Shown piece by piece: positions 38,008-47,671 of a stretch of DNA of 52,450 bases. Location of the stretch: the NCBI GenBank assembly GCA_002457195.1, contig NTJU01000001.1, forward strand, positions 1-52,450, in the 5' to 3' direction. Numbering within the stretch: the stretch's first letter is position 1; each line of letters opens with the position of its first letter. The position numbers and the translations under genes were made by a program. Source of the stretch: Marine Group II euryarchaeote MED-G33 (lineage in GTDB: Archaea; Thermoplasmatota; Poseidoniia; Poseidoniales; Thalassarchaeaceae). The notes below the pieces were generated by a model. It was given only the letters and a program-made list of their open reading frames with translations. It did not search any database and had not been told where the DNA came from.

Positions 38008-39516
38008 ATGGTCCGTGGTACTACTCGTCTTGCCTCGGCCTTGTGCCTGCTGATTCTGATCTCACCCCTTGGTACCTCTGTGAATGAACCAACCGATGAT
38101 TCACCTCAGATTATCATCGACCAAAGCCAGGGTTTGAATGTTTATTCAAACATCAATATAACGGGGACATATATCGATGAACAATTACCAATTTCAATCA
38201 CGTGGGAAATCTACAATGGAGTTGAACGAATCGATGATGGCGATTTGATGGACCATTTATCCGAATCGGGGGATTCGCATTCCTCAAGCCGAAACTCATG
38301 GCAATATTTCATCAATCTCAATTTCACATCCACGCCCACCTGTTCCTGTGTTCTAGAAATTGAAGCCACCGATACAAACGGGCAAAAGGACATGGCGCAA
38401 TTGATTCTATTTACACAAGACGAAGATGCTGAATCGTTAACCCAATTGAATCCCTTGATTATTTTTGAAAGCCCCATAGGACAACTGACCGGGGCGGTTG
38501 AGATCGATACAATCGCAATGGACATGGCCGGTTCGACCAGTGCACAATGGGCGATTAGTAACAGTAGCGAAATCGAAATTTCTTGTATCCAATCTTGGAT
38601 TGAATCACCGGAACAAGTTCAATGGCACAATATGACTGCTATAATTCAGGATTCAAGTCAATCATTCACATTGGATACAATGGCCTACAACGATGGCGAA
38701 TATTCGTTGATGGTGCGAGCTGTATCAGATGATTTGTATTCCACGTGCGCATGTAAGCCGATTGGTATCGATAACAATGCACCAACGGCTAGAATCGATG
38801 GACCAAGTGTAATGACTGAATATTCGGGGTCAATTCAATTTGATGGCACAGGAAGTAGCGATTTGTTTTGGGGACAAGATGAATTGGTATTTTTGTGGGT
38901 ACTTGAAGATGAGTTAGGCGAAAAGACAATCCGAAGTGGAGTTGATCTTCGTACGTTTGACGTTGATGCTTCAAAATCAGGAAATTTTACACTGACATTA
39001 ACCGTTGTTGATAATGTCGGATTTTCCGATACGGTTTCACACGAATTCAACATCATCAACCAAGTTCCAGTAGCGGCACTCCGAATCGGTGGACAGGCGC
39101 TTGAAAATGGTGACCAGATTACTCTTACAGACAGTACACAATGGCTCGTTGAATGTAGCGATTCAACGGATAGTGATAATGACAAATCAGGGCTTGTCTG
39201 TACATGGTATGTTGATGATGAGCCATTGATGACAGGTTGGTCTAGACAATTAGTGAGCCCAGAAGACCTTTCCAAACCTCACACGCTAATGCTAGAAGTG
39301 ACGGATGACGATGGGATGAGTGATACAATTACAGTCACATTTGGTGTTCAAGATACTGCATCAGATCCAATGTATGATGAAGATGGAACAGACAATGGGT
39401 TTTGGTTAATGATAGCTGCTCAAGGAGCCATCTTTGTCACCTTAATCCTCATGATGGCCCTTTTACTACGCTTAACAGGTAAGTCAACGCCGATTCCAAA
39501 ATGGAAGAGGGAATGA
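38008..39516 (+). CDS. secreted, C-terminally anchored protein with PKD-like domains
   Basis: Signal peptide LASALCLLILISPLGTS. PKD-like blocks (IQFDGTGSSD...FLWVL...GNFTLTLTVVDNVGFSD and ECSDSTDSD...CTWYVDD...HTLMLEVTDDDGMSD). C-terminal TM followed by KWKRE. Confidence 0.7.
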   Translation: MVRGTTRLASALCLLILISPLGTSVNEPTDDSPQIIIDQSQGLNVYSNINITGTYIDEQLPISITWEIYNGVERIDDGDLMDHLSESGDSHSSSRNSWQYFINLNFTSTPTCSCVLEIEATDTNGQKDMAQLILFTQDEDAESLTQLNPLIIFESPIGQLTGAVEIDTIAMDMAGSTSAQWAISNSSEIEISCIQSWIESPEQVQWHNMTAIIQDSSQSFTLDTMAYNDGEYSLMVRAVSDDLYSTCACKPIGIDNNAPTARIDGPSVMTEYSGSIQFDGTGSSDLFWGQDELVFLWVLEDELGEKTIRSGVDLRTFDVDASKSGNFTLTLTVVDNVGFSDTVSHEFNIINQVPVAALRIGGQALENGDQITLTDSTQWLVECSDSTDSDNDKSGLVCTWYVDDEPLMTGWSRQLVSPEDLSKPHTLMLEVTDDDGMSDTITVTFGVQDTASDPMYDEDGTDNGFWLMIAAQGAIFVTLILMMALLLRLTGKSTPIPKWKRE

Positions 39517-39552
39517 CCCGAATGTCTCATGAAGGTCGAATGATTCGGCGTA

Positions 39553-40890
39553 ATGATGTATGAGAGAGTCACCTCTACTCTGGGCAATCGCCCCGATGCG
39601 ATTTCGCATCAGGAAATGCGTCAGCGGCAGAAGGATTTTTGTTCGGAATTACCAACCAATTCTGTAGCAATCATTGCCAACAACCCTGTGTCTATTCGAA
39701 GTCGTGACACACATCACCGTCATCGATTCAACTCCTACCTCCACTATTTGACTGGCTGGCACGGAGAAGAAGGAGTGGCAGTCTTCCACCACTCCGATGG
39801 AAATTGGAATTGCCGACTCTATGTCCAGCCTCGAGATGTCGAAAAGGAAACTTGGACGGGGCGGAGACCTGGCCTAGAAGGGGCACTTTCTGGTTGGCCT
39901 GTTGATGAAGCAACAAGTCGATATGAATTGGCCGAAAATCTCCCTAAAATGCTGTCCAATTGTGAGGAGATTTACCATATCGAGGGACTAGATGCTTCAG
40001 TCGATGAAATTGTAAAACAGGCATTACGTGATGAACCACTAGATCCTCGATTGATCCTCGACAATCTCCGAGTTATCAAGTCTGAAAGGGAAATTGAATT
40101 GATGCAACATTCTGCAGATTTGGCAGCATACGCTCACATCGAAGCAATGCGTGAATGTAAAGTCGGCATGGGAGAATGGCATATGCAATCGATCATCGAA
40201 GGATGCTTCCTCTATCACCAATCAGAATGGGCATACCCCAGCATTGTTGGAAGTGGAGACAATGCCACCATCCTACACTATAATGAGAATAAAGATGTCA
40301 TGATTGATGGTGATTTGGTCCTAATCGATGCAGGGTGTGAAATTGATGGATATGCTAGCGACATCACCCGAACATTCCCCGTAAATGGTAAGTTCACTGA
40401 AGCGCAGAAAGACATCTATGAGCTCGTTCTCAAATCCCAATTGGCTGGAATAGAAGCTTGTCAAGCGGGTTCCCCATGGAGTTCCATGCATAATGCAACT
40501 TCGAAAATCTTGGCTCAAGGGCTGATTGATTTGGGAATCTTAGATTGTACTTTTGAGGAAGCGCTAGGTGACAGTTTCAATGGCCTTTATCGACAATTTT
40601 TCATGCACGGAACAGGCCACTTCTTGGGCCTTGATGTACACGATGTCGGGGGTGGGAGGCAGGGTGATGGTAAGCCTGAACGAATACTGACACCTGGCAT
40701 GATTGTAACCATTGAGCCAGGACTTTACTTCGGTGCTTGGAGAGAGGATATCGAAATCGATTCAAAATGGGCTGGTATTGGAATCCGAATCGAAGATGAT
40801 GTCCTCATTACTGAAAATGGACCTGTTGTTCTCACTGCAAAATGCCCCAAGGAAATCACTGAAATTGAGGCTCTTGTCGGCTCCAACTGA
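39553..40890 (+). CDS. pepP: Xaa-Pro aminopeptidase (M24B, PepP)
   Basis: N-terminal AMP_N-like HRFNSYLHYLTG. Metal ligand motifs LIDAGCEIDGYASDITRTFP, HGTGHFLGLDVHD, EPGLY, IRIEDDV. Confidence 0.9.
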   Translation: MMYERVTSTLGNRPDAISHQEMRQRQKDFCSELPTNSVAIIANNPVSIRSRDTHHRHRFNSYLHYLTGWHGEEGVAVFHHSDGNWNCRLYVQPRDVEKETWTGRRPGLEGALSGWPVDEATSRYELAENLPKMLSNCEEIYHIEGLDASVDEIVKQALRDEPLDPRLILDNLRVIKSEREIELMQHSADLAAYAHIEAMRECKVGMGEWHMQSIIEGCFLYHQSEWAYPSIVGSGDNATILHYNENKDVMIDGDLVLIDAGCEIDGYASDITRTFPVNGKFTEAQKDIYELVLKSQLAGIEACQAGSPWSSMHNATSKILAQGLIDLGILDCTFEEALGDSFNGLYRQFFMHGTGHFLGLDVHDVGGGRQGDGKPERILTPGMIVTIEPGLYFGAWREDIEIDSKWAGIGIRIEDDVLITENGPVVLTAKCPKEITEIEALVGSN

Positions 40891-40896
40891 GGGATT

Positions 40897-42078
40897 ATGA
40901 TGTGGATGGAAATTCTTGAGGCACAGCGTGGGCCATCACCTCCCCGTTTGAGTGTCGAAGATGCTGCCATTTTGTATGAAAAAGCAGACTTCAATATGCT
41001 TCGCAGTGTTGCATTAGAACGACGCCGATTCATGAATCCAGGTAACCATGTAACTTACATGATTGATCGTAACGTGAATTATACAAATGTCTGTACAATC
41101 AATTGTCAGTTTTGCTCATTTTATCGACCACCTGGACATTCTGAAACCTACACCCAAACATATGAGCAGATTTCTGTTCGATTTACTGAATTAGAAGAGG
41201 TCGATGGGGTTCGTGTATTGATGCAAGGGGGGGTCAACCCCGAGTTGCCACTAGAATGGTATACAGAACTAATTCTCTTTTTGAGAAAGGAGCACCCTTC
41301 AATTGCATTGGATTGTTTTTCACCCATTGAAATTGAAGGCATTGCTGAAGTCTGTAACCTATCAACTCTCGAAGTACTGACCGCCCTCAAAGAGGCGGGA
41401 ATGCATGGACTACCCGGTGGAGGGGCCGAGATGCTCGTCGATGATGTGCGACTCGATATTTCCCCTAAGAAAGGGAGTGCAGAAAATTGGCTTCGAGTCA
41501 TGCATGAAGCCCAATCACTTGGATTGACAACTTCAGCTACGAATGTCATCGGTTTTGGAGAAACTGAATTGCACCGTGTGAAACACATGGATCGAATTCG
41601 TGATTTACAAGATCAGGCAATCACGAAAGGGTGGACTGGTTTCACTTCATTTGTGGCTTGGCCCGTACAATTGGAAACCAATGTATTTGGCAAGAGGAAT
41701 CGTGGTCGGAATCGAATCGAATTGGGGGCAGGTCCAACCGAGTATCTGCGCCATGTAGCCGTCTCTAGGCTGTTCTTCGACAATATCGACCACATCCAAG
41801 GATCGTGGCCTACAATGGGCCTAGATATTGCGCAGATGGCCCTCTTTGGAGGTGCGGATGACATTGGTTCTACCATGATGGAAGAAAATGTGGTATCCGC
41901 ATCAGGGACTGAGAAGACGTGTGCGCTCGAGGTCGAGTTGCAAGAAGCGGTTCGCCGTGCTGGATTCGTCGCTTTACGAAGAGATTCCGACTACAATTTA
42001 CTCGAAACTCCCGATGTGGCATCGGATGTGCAGGGATTCCCTGCACCTCCTCCATTACAACCAGCAACGAATGCTTAG
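40897..42078 (+). CDS. radical SAM enzyme of the MqnC/MqnE/CofH family (futalosine-pathway menaquinone biosynthesis type)
   Basis: NYTNVCTINCQFCSFYRP (CxxxCxxC), LPGGGAEML, ATNVIGFGET, SWPTMG, and MMEENVVSASG are typical of this family. I cannot distinguish MqnC from MqnE by eye. Confidence 0.8.
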   Translation: MMWMEILEAQRGPSPPRLSVEDAAILYEKADFNMLRSVALERRRFMNPGNHVTYMIDRNVNYTNVCTINCQFCSFYRPPGHSETYTQTYEQISVRFTELEEVDGVRVLMQGGVNPELPLEWYTELILFLRKEHPSIALDCFSPIEIEGIAEVCNLSTLEVLTALKEAGMHGLPGGGAEMLVDDVRLDISPKKGSAENWLRVMHEAQSLGLTTSATNVIGFGETELHRVKHMDRIRDLQDQAITKGWTGFTSFVAWPVQLETNVFGKRNRGRNRIELGAGPTEYLRHVAVSRLFFDNIDHIQGSWPTMGLDIAQMALFGGADDIGSTMMEENVVSASGTEKTCALEVELQEAVRRAGFVALRRDSDYNLLETPDVASDVQGFPAPPPLQPATNA

Positions 42079-45000
42079 TTACTCATCTCCTTCAGTGGAG
42101 CATTCTTCTTGACGAATGATTTCAACAGTTGTTTGGATTTGACCGGTATCATTTGTGGGTGTTGCAACGCCGGGTGAATCATCTACTTGTGCACTGATGT
42201 TTTCACTGACGTTGGTGTAGTAAACCACCCAAATGTTGGCATGGATGTCCTGATTGGCACCTGACTGTTCATTCTGTGGCACGTAATTTTGCCCGTTGTA
42301 CAATCCTTGGTATCGAAGACTGTTTTGCCCACTTGCCAAATCAATCCAATCTGTGATGTCGTATATCCATGGCTTGACATCTTGCCCAGCACACCATCCT
42401 GCGCGCCCGTAAGGCCAGGTTCCCAGTTGATTGGCTTGGGCTCCATTGTGCATTTCCTTTGCGCAACCTTCGCTATCGCCTCCAACAGAGTCATTTCCAG
42501 CCATTGGGTGATCTTCCTGTGTAACGAACCCATTCATACTGTAGCGGTGCTCATGATTGCAGAATTCGGCACAATTGGCATTGTCTTTTCCAAATCCATG
42601 ACCTGTGATGACGGCATAGATTTCGATTTTCTCAGTACCTGCTGGAATTTGTAAATCGTGTACACGCTTGTATTGTGATTCGTTATTGTATTCACCGCGG
42701 AAAGAACCACCATTGAATGCCAATTCTGCACCGGTCGGGCGTAGACCCTCATCTTCCCAATTTGAGAGGTAGACACTGACATTGAGCCAACCACCGTTGG
42801 CACCGCGATAACGGAACATGTGGTCCCCACCATCAAACAGCTCAAACAAACGTGGAGAAATGTCAGTCAACCATCTTCCTTCGCGGCCATAGGTGGTAAT
42901 CCAATACCCAAATTCAGTGCTACAGGTCGAACTATTGCCAACTTCATCGCATATTTGCATATACTGGCTGTAATCCCACTCGTGACAACCCCCGTAGGAT
43001 CCGTCCGATTTCTGGTATCGATCACGATGCTCACTACAACCGTGATGCATGTAGAGTTCCATCGTGTTGAATCCCTCCATGGTGGAAGCGTTTGGGAATG
43101 AACCATTCGCCAATGAAGAGTGACCTCCTTGCCAACCACCAATGTGACGTTGAGCCACCATGATGTCAACAACTGTCACACCGGGGTCGTGTCGGCGCAT
43201 TTCTGTGGGGAATTCGGAATTGAATTGCAAAGGCATCTTTGCAATATAATCCAAACGATATTGCACGCCGTGTGTCCCCACCCAATTATACAATGAGCCT
43301 ATTTCACGCCACTGCTGGAATCGGTCCATGCCATAGTAAAATGCGCTCCAATCACCGATGACCCCACCAAGGCCACCTCCAATGGCGCCACCTTGCTGAT
43401 CGATGTAATGGACATGAGAATCTACCCATGCTTTGTCTGCATCGTTCAACCCATTTCTGTACGAATTCACCCTGTTGTTCATTGCATCGATATCGTTGCG
43501 GTAATCGCTATCAAAAGATCCAAAGAAAACATGTGTGTTTTCGGGTAGTGTATTCAAAAATCGACCAATATCTTGATTCCAAATGGCAGACATGTAAGAA
43601 CTGGAATCCTGATTGAAGATGAACAAGTATGTACTCTCTCCATCCCAATCTCGAGACATCACCCAATTACCCGATTTTGTTTGTAGTGTGAAATCACCAG
43701 CGATTCCGAATCTCTCTGTCGAAGACGGTCCTGTGTTCCAGGATATAGGAACTTGCAATACTGTGCAACCCTCGGAATTCGGTGTCCATCGTGATTCAGA
43801 ATCAGGACATTGGTCTACATTCGCAAAAATTCCATCACCATCTAAATCTGCACAGCCAACCTCGTTAACATCGAGACCAGTTGGTGTACCTGAACATTGA
43901 TCGGTATCATCCATGACCCCATCACCATCCCCATCCCATTCGTATGACGCGCATCCAAATTCATTGACAGCAGCTCCAAGTTGGGTTCGCATACACTGGT
44001 CATCAAAGTCGATGACACCATCGTCATCATCGTCTCCATCTTCATCAGAATCCCGGCAACCATCCATGTCGTAGTCAGTCGTATCACTTTGGGCCCAACC
44101 GATAACACCTCTGGGGCATGAATCTACTTCGTCGAGTGTACCATCATTATCATCATCCAAATCATCATCTGAATCACGGCACCCATCACGGTCGTAATCA
44201 GATGCCCCTGTGGATTGCCACCCGGGAGTGCCTAGTGGACAATTGTCGTAAGGGTCGGTAATGGTATCATCATCATCATCATCATCTTCTGAAACATCTT
44301 GGCAGCCATCTGAGTCATGATCGAAATCGGTGTTTGTTGAATCCCAACCAATCAGCCCTCTTGCGCACCGATCTGAAGTATCGGAGCGGCCATCATCATC
44401 ATCATCGGTATCCTCTGAAATGTCATGGCACCCGTCACCATCGATATCGTTTGAAGGGGTAGATACGAACGCTACGCTGCTTTCCACGCAACGGTCTGCC
44501 TCATCGGGAATTCCATCTCCATCAAGATCTGGGTTTTCTTCGACAAAGACATACACGTATACCGAAACGTTGTCCGTTGTAACTTCTGAACTCCCACAGG
44601 AAATCCTGAATGTGCCATTGAATGAGGATTCGACGAACCCTAGTGGAATCGATGCGTATTCACCTGAAATTGATACAGTCTGAATACGTTCTAGTTCATC
44701 AACCCAAACTCCTGAACAGGTGTTTAGTGCAGAATGAACAATCTTTGCTCTAGCAATCACTGATTCATCAGGTTCCACATAAATCACTGGCGGAAATGCT
44801 GAAATTGATACAGGGTCTTCAGGGGGATTTGAAATTGTTACAGAGGCGAATAGCACTTCTGTTTCTTGTGTGGAAATTTCATTGGTCATGGTGATTCGTA
44901 CATTATACGTCCCAGATGGCAGAATTCCAAAATCAACAGTGAACGTATCAGTTCCAACCTCAACTGTACCCTGGACAACCCCATTGGCAACAGAGGCGAC

Positions 45001-45207
45001 AATCTTGGCGTCAAGTTCTCCACAATTGCACTCGCCAGAGAGGAAGACTGGCTGATTGAATTCAAATTCGGTATCACCTGTCAATGACAATTCGAGAGGG
45101 ATACTTTCTTTCATTGTCTCCCCAGAAGAATCACCTTCCAGCATACCCAAACAGCCTGAGGATAGCATCAAAATCGTGAGAATCAGTGCGTGCCAAGTTC
45201 GCCGCAT
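42079..45207 (-). CDS. large secreted lipoprotein-like protein: Ig-like N-terminal region, TSP3/poly-Asp Ca-binding repeats, and a large Cys-rich C-terminal domain (possibly PNGase F-like)
   Basis: MRRTWHALILTILMLSSGC (lipobox-like). Repeats DLDGDGIPDEADRC, DIDGDGCHDISED, DYDRDGCRDSDDD. The C-terminal ITGHGFGKDNANCAEFCNHEH and YGRAGWCAGQDVKPW resemble my recollection of PNGase F-type domains. Confidence 0.7.
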   Translation of the reverse strand: MRRTWHALILTILMLSSGCLGMLEGDSSGETMKESIPLELSLTGDTEFEFNQPVFLSGECNCGELDAKIVASVANGVVQGTVEVGTDTFTVDFGILPSGTYNVRITMTNEISTQETEVLFASVTISNPPEDPVSISAFPPVIYVEPDESVIARAKIVHSALNTCSGVWVDELERIQTVSISGEYASIPLGFVESSFNGTFRISCGSSEVTTDNVSVYVYVFVEENPDLDGDGIPDEADRCVESSVAFVSTPSNDIDGDGCHDISEDTDDDDDGRSDTSDRCARGLIGWDSTNTDFDHDSDGCQDVSEDDDDDDDTITDPYDNCPLGTPGWQSTGASDYDRDGCRDSDDDLDDDNDGTLDEVDSCPRGVIGWAQSDTTDYDMDGCRDSDEDGDDDDDGVIDFDDQCMRTQLGAAVNEFGCASYEWDGDGDGVMDDTDQCSGTPTGLDVNEVGCADLDGDGIFANVDQCPDSESRWTPNSEGCTVLQVPISWNTGPSSTERFGIAGDFTLQTKSGNWVMSRDWDGESTYLFIFNQDSSSYMSAIWNQDIGRFLNTLPENTHVFFGSFDSDYRNDIDAMNNRVNSYRNGLNDADKAWVDSHVHYIDQQGGAIGGGLGGVIGDWSAFYYGMDRFQQWREIGSLYNWVGTHGVQYRLDYIAKMPLQFNSEFPTEMRRHDPGVTVVDIMVAQRHIGGWQGGHSSLANGSFPNASTMEGFNTMELYMHHGCSEHRDRYQKSDGSYGGCHEWDYSQYMQICDEVGNSSTCSTEFGYWITTYGREGRWLTDISPRLFELFDGGDHMFRYRGANGGWLNVSVYLSNWEDEGLRPTGAELAFNGGSFRGEYNNESQYKRVHDLQIPAGTEKIEIYAVITGHGFGKDNANCAEFCNHEHRYSMNGFVTQEDHPMAGNDSVGGDSEGCAKEMHNGAQANQLGTWPYGRAGWCAGQDVKPWIYDITDWIDLASGQNSLRYQGLYNGQNYVPQNEQSGANQDIHANIWVVYYTNVSENISAQVDDSPGVATPTNDTGQIQTTVEIIRQEECSTEGDE
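44266..44286. repeat. (ATC)7 trinucleotide run encoding poly-Asp on the minus strand
   Basis: Direct reading gives seven consecutive ATC units. Shorter ATC/GTC runs lie nearby (about 44020-44410), all inside the 42079..45207 CDS. Confidence 0.9.
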
Positions 45208-45232
45208 ACTTCTGCGAAGGTAAATCGGGACA

Positions 45233-46357
45233 TCAACTGTCCGCCATCTCGCTACGCCCTGATTGAGTGGGCATCACTTGCACATTGCAGGGACTGCCAT
45301 CATGTTTCATGATGAGTGGGTGGACGAAAAGCAAGGGCCCATTTTCCACTCGCTCAATCCGAACAATCACTTCCCAATGAACCGCGAAAAGTGGATGATA
45401 CTCACTCCCCGGCCAACTACCGCTTGGCAGTTCCAGAGAGATGGATTCACCATCCATCGAAACAGCACACGAACGCCCTTTGCATCGGACTGGTAGGGGG
45501 GAAAGGAAGAGGCGCTCGGCATCAGGACCTTCTAGCGGAGTTGATTCTCCGAAACCAGTGCCCAATTCTGAATTCGCATGTTGACGGATTGATAACGGCG
45601 TTGATATTCCAGGTGGATTTTGGAGTCCATCTTTACGACCCAATGCATGGAGGAGCATAGGGCGTCTTGGGTTCAGTAATCCGACCTCTACGCGGGCTTG
45701 AGCAGAAATCCAATCTTCACGAACTTCTGGAAAATCGATTTTGACTGAGATTTCTTCTGCGGTACAATCGTCATTTCCAACCTCAAATACAGGATCCACT
45801 GGTAAATCTGTTCGAAATTTACGGGTTCGCCTGAAATCCCAAACACTTGCGAACAGACGCATCATAATCGGAATGAAGAAAATCGGCAAGAAAATCAGTA
45901 GAAGAACGGGATAATCGAGTAACCCAAGACGCACACTACCTGCAAATGAGCCATCGACCCACCCCGAATTGACAAGTGCTGGTTCAAATGCATGAATCGC
46001 CAATGACGCAATTATCCCAATCACGGCAAATGGGATTAATCGTCGCGAACGCCTGTGCATTTTACTCGGTAATATGAACCAACCTTTCCGCTCCCGTTCT
46101 ACACGCCTTGGAATGCGATTTGAGAGTGTGACCCATTCACGACATTCTGACCAACCGGATGACAATTTTATGATATTTCGATGAATATGAAAATCTGTTT
46201 CGTCTCCGATTCGAACGGAACAAGGAACATTCGAGTTTTCTTTCAAACTAAAATATTCGCGCGCAATGGGGATTTCAGAAGCAATGACCGTGTTGGGGTC
46301 AAATGGTGGAAATCTGATGCTGATCTCTACTGCATGACCGGAATCCGCATCGTCCAT
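45233..46357 (-). CDS. hypothetical membrane protein (two soluble beta-rich halves flanking 2 to 3 central TM segments)
   Basis: Central segments LIPFAVIGIIASLAIHAF and YPVLLLIFLPIFFIPIMMRLFA. It lies 9 nt downstream of the reductase gene and 25 nt upstream of the lipoprotein gene. No family recognised. Confidence 0.5.
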   Translation of the reverse strand: MDDADSGHAVEISIRFPPFDPNTVIASEIPIAREYFSLKENSNVPCSVRIGDETDFHIHRNIIKLSSGWSECREWVTLSNRIPRRVERERKGWFILPSKMHRRSRRLIPFAVIGIIASLAIHAFEPALVNSGWVDGSFAGSVRLGLLDYPVLLLIFLPIFFIPIMMRLFASVWDFRRTRKFRTDLPVDPVFEVGNDDCTAEEISVKIDFPEVREDWISAQARVEVGLLNPRRPMLLHALGRKDGLQNPPGISTPLSIRQHANSELGTGFGESTPLEGPDAERLFLSPLPVRCKGRSCAVSMDGESISLELPSGSWPGSEYHPLFAVHWEVIVRIERVENGPLLFVHPLIMKHDGSPCNVQVMPTQSGRSEMADS

Positions 46358-46366
46358 GGGAGCACC

Positions 46367-47575
46367 TCAGCCTGTTAGCAAGGCCCACGTGGCACGAACG
46401 GCCATGCGCCTGAATTCAGGGATATCCTTTAGCAAACGTATTCCCAATGGTACGGGTTTTTCGATGTCGCCAACTTCATTGATGAGTGTGACAACATCTT
46501 CCCTGGCAAATATTTTGAAAGTGGTTTCCAGTTCATCATCATCACACGATGAAACAAATAAATCTCGCAAAATACGTGCACGTTCATGCTCTTTTCTGAC
46601 TTTCTCCATCGGTTTGCAAATTCGTTTCAGATTGGAAGCGGTTAACTTGTCAGAAATGACGGCTTTGACCAACTCCGGGGCCAAGTAATGGATTTGATCG
46701 AATCCTGGACCGATGCCGCCACCAGTGGTCGGTTTACATAGGCCCGCAGCATCACCAAACAACAACACACGCTCTTTGAAAATTCGCTTTACCATACCGC
46801 TGGCCAAAGGTCCACAGAATCGAGCGGTTTCACTCACATTGGAGAACTTATCTTTCCACAAAGGATGTTGTAATAGTGTGTCGTAAAGCATCTCGCAAGA
46901 ACGGCCATTCAGACGATCGGGGTGAGCCCAAACTCCAATTCGGTGTGTGTCACCATTGGGAATCGCCCAAGCAAACAAGCCGGGCGCAATGTCCTCACCA
47001 GAGAACATTTCCAAACGCCCAGGAACCCCCTCATAGCCCGATACTTCAGCTTGGAAGCCAATCATGAATTCCTTTGGTCTTCCAAATCGGAAATGACGAC
47101 GCGTCCATGAATGAACGCCGTCTGCCCCACAGAGAAGTTTGGACCGAATCATGCATTCTTGACCTTCGCGAATGATTGTAATTACAACACCATTCGCTTC
47201 GACTATTGCATCGGTAGGTTTGGAATCAAGCCAAAGTGTAGCACCTGATTCAATCGCTTGTCGGACACAACCTTCGTCGAATAATTTACGACAAACAACA
47301 TGAGTACGCAAAATTGACGGTTCGCCAATTTCTACAGGACGTCCTTGAGGGCTGTGGATTCTCGCACCCCAAACATCAGACAATATGGTGTGATGCAAGT
47401 TGACCCTGTTCATTGCCGAGGGGGTAACAAGGCCGGCACACTGGAAGGGTTTACCGATTTCACAGTGTTCCTCCAACATCAAAACATGCAGGCCTTGCTC
47501 AGACAAAATATGACCAAGGTGCCCGCCAACTGGGCCGGCCCCAACGATGACGACATCGTAATCGTGACCGGTCAT
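46367..47575 (-). CDS. geranylgeranyl reductase family flavoprotein (digeranylgeranylglycerophospholipid reductase-like)
   Basis: YDVVIVGAGPVGGHLG (FAD fold), RKLFDE, GADGVHS, LFGDAAGLCKPTTGGGI. Confidence 0.9.
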   Translation of the reverse strand: MTGHDYDVVIVGAGPVGGHLGHILSEQGLHVLMLEEHCEIGKPFQCAGLVTPSAMNRVNLHHTILSDVWGARIHSPQGRPVEIGEPSILRTHVVCRKLFDEGCVRQAIESGATLWLDSKPTDAIVEANGVVITIIREGQECMIRSKLLCGADGVHSWTRRHFRFGRPKEFMIGFQAEVSGYEGVPGRLEMFSGEDIAPGLFAWAIPNGDTHRIGVWAHPDRLNGRSCEMLYDTLLQHPLWKDKFSNVSETARFCGPLASGMVKRIFKERVLLFGDAAGLCKPTTGGGIGPGFDQIHYLAPELVKAVISDKLTASNLKRICKPMEKVRKEHERARILRDLFVSSCDDDELETTFKIFAREDVVTLINEVGDIEKPVPLGIRLLKDIPEFRRMAVRATWALLTG

Positions 47576-47671
47576 GTTACCAAGCCACAGTAGTGACCTA
47601 TCATGATTCGCCCTTCAGAATCAAGATTTTTCTGATTTACATGATATACTGGCCAGGCGGGGGTTGGTCTG

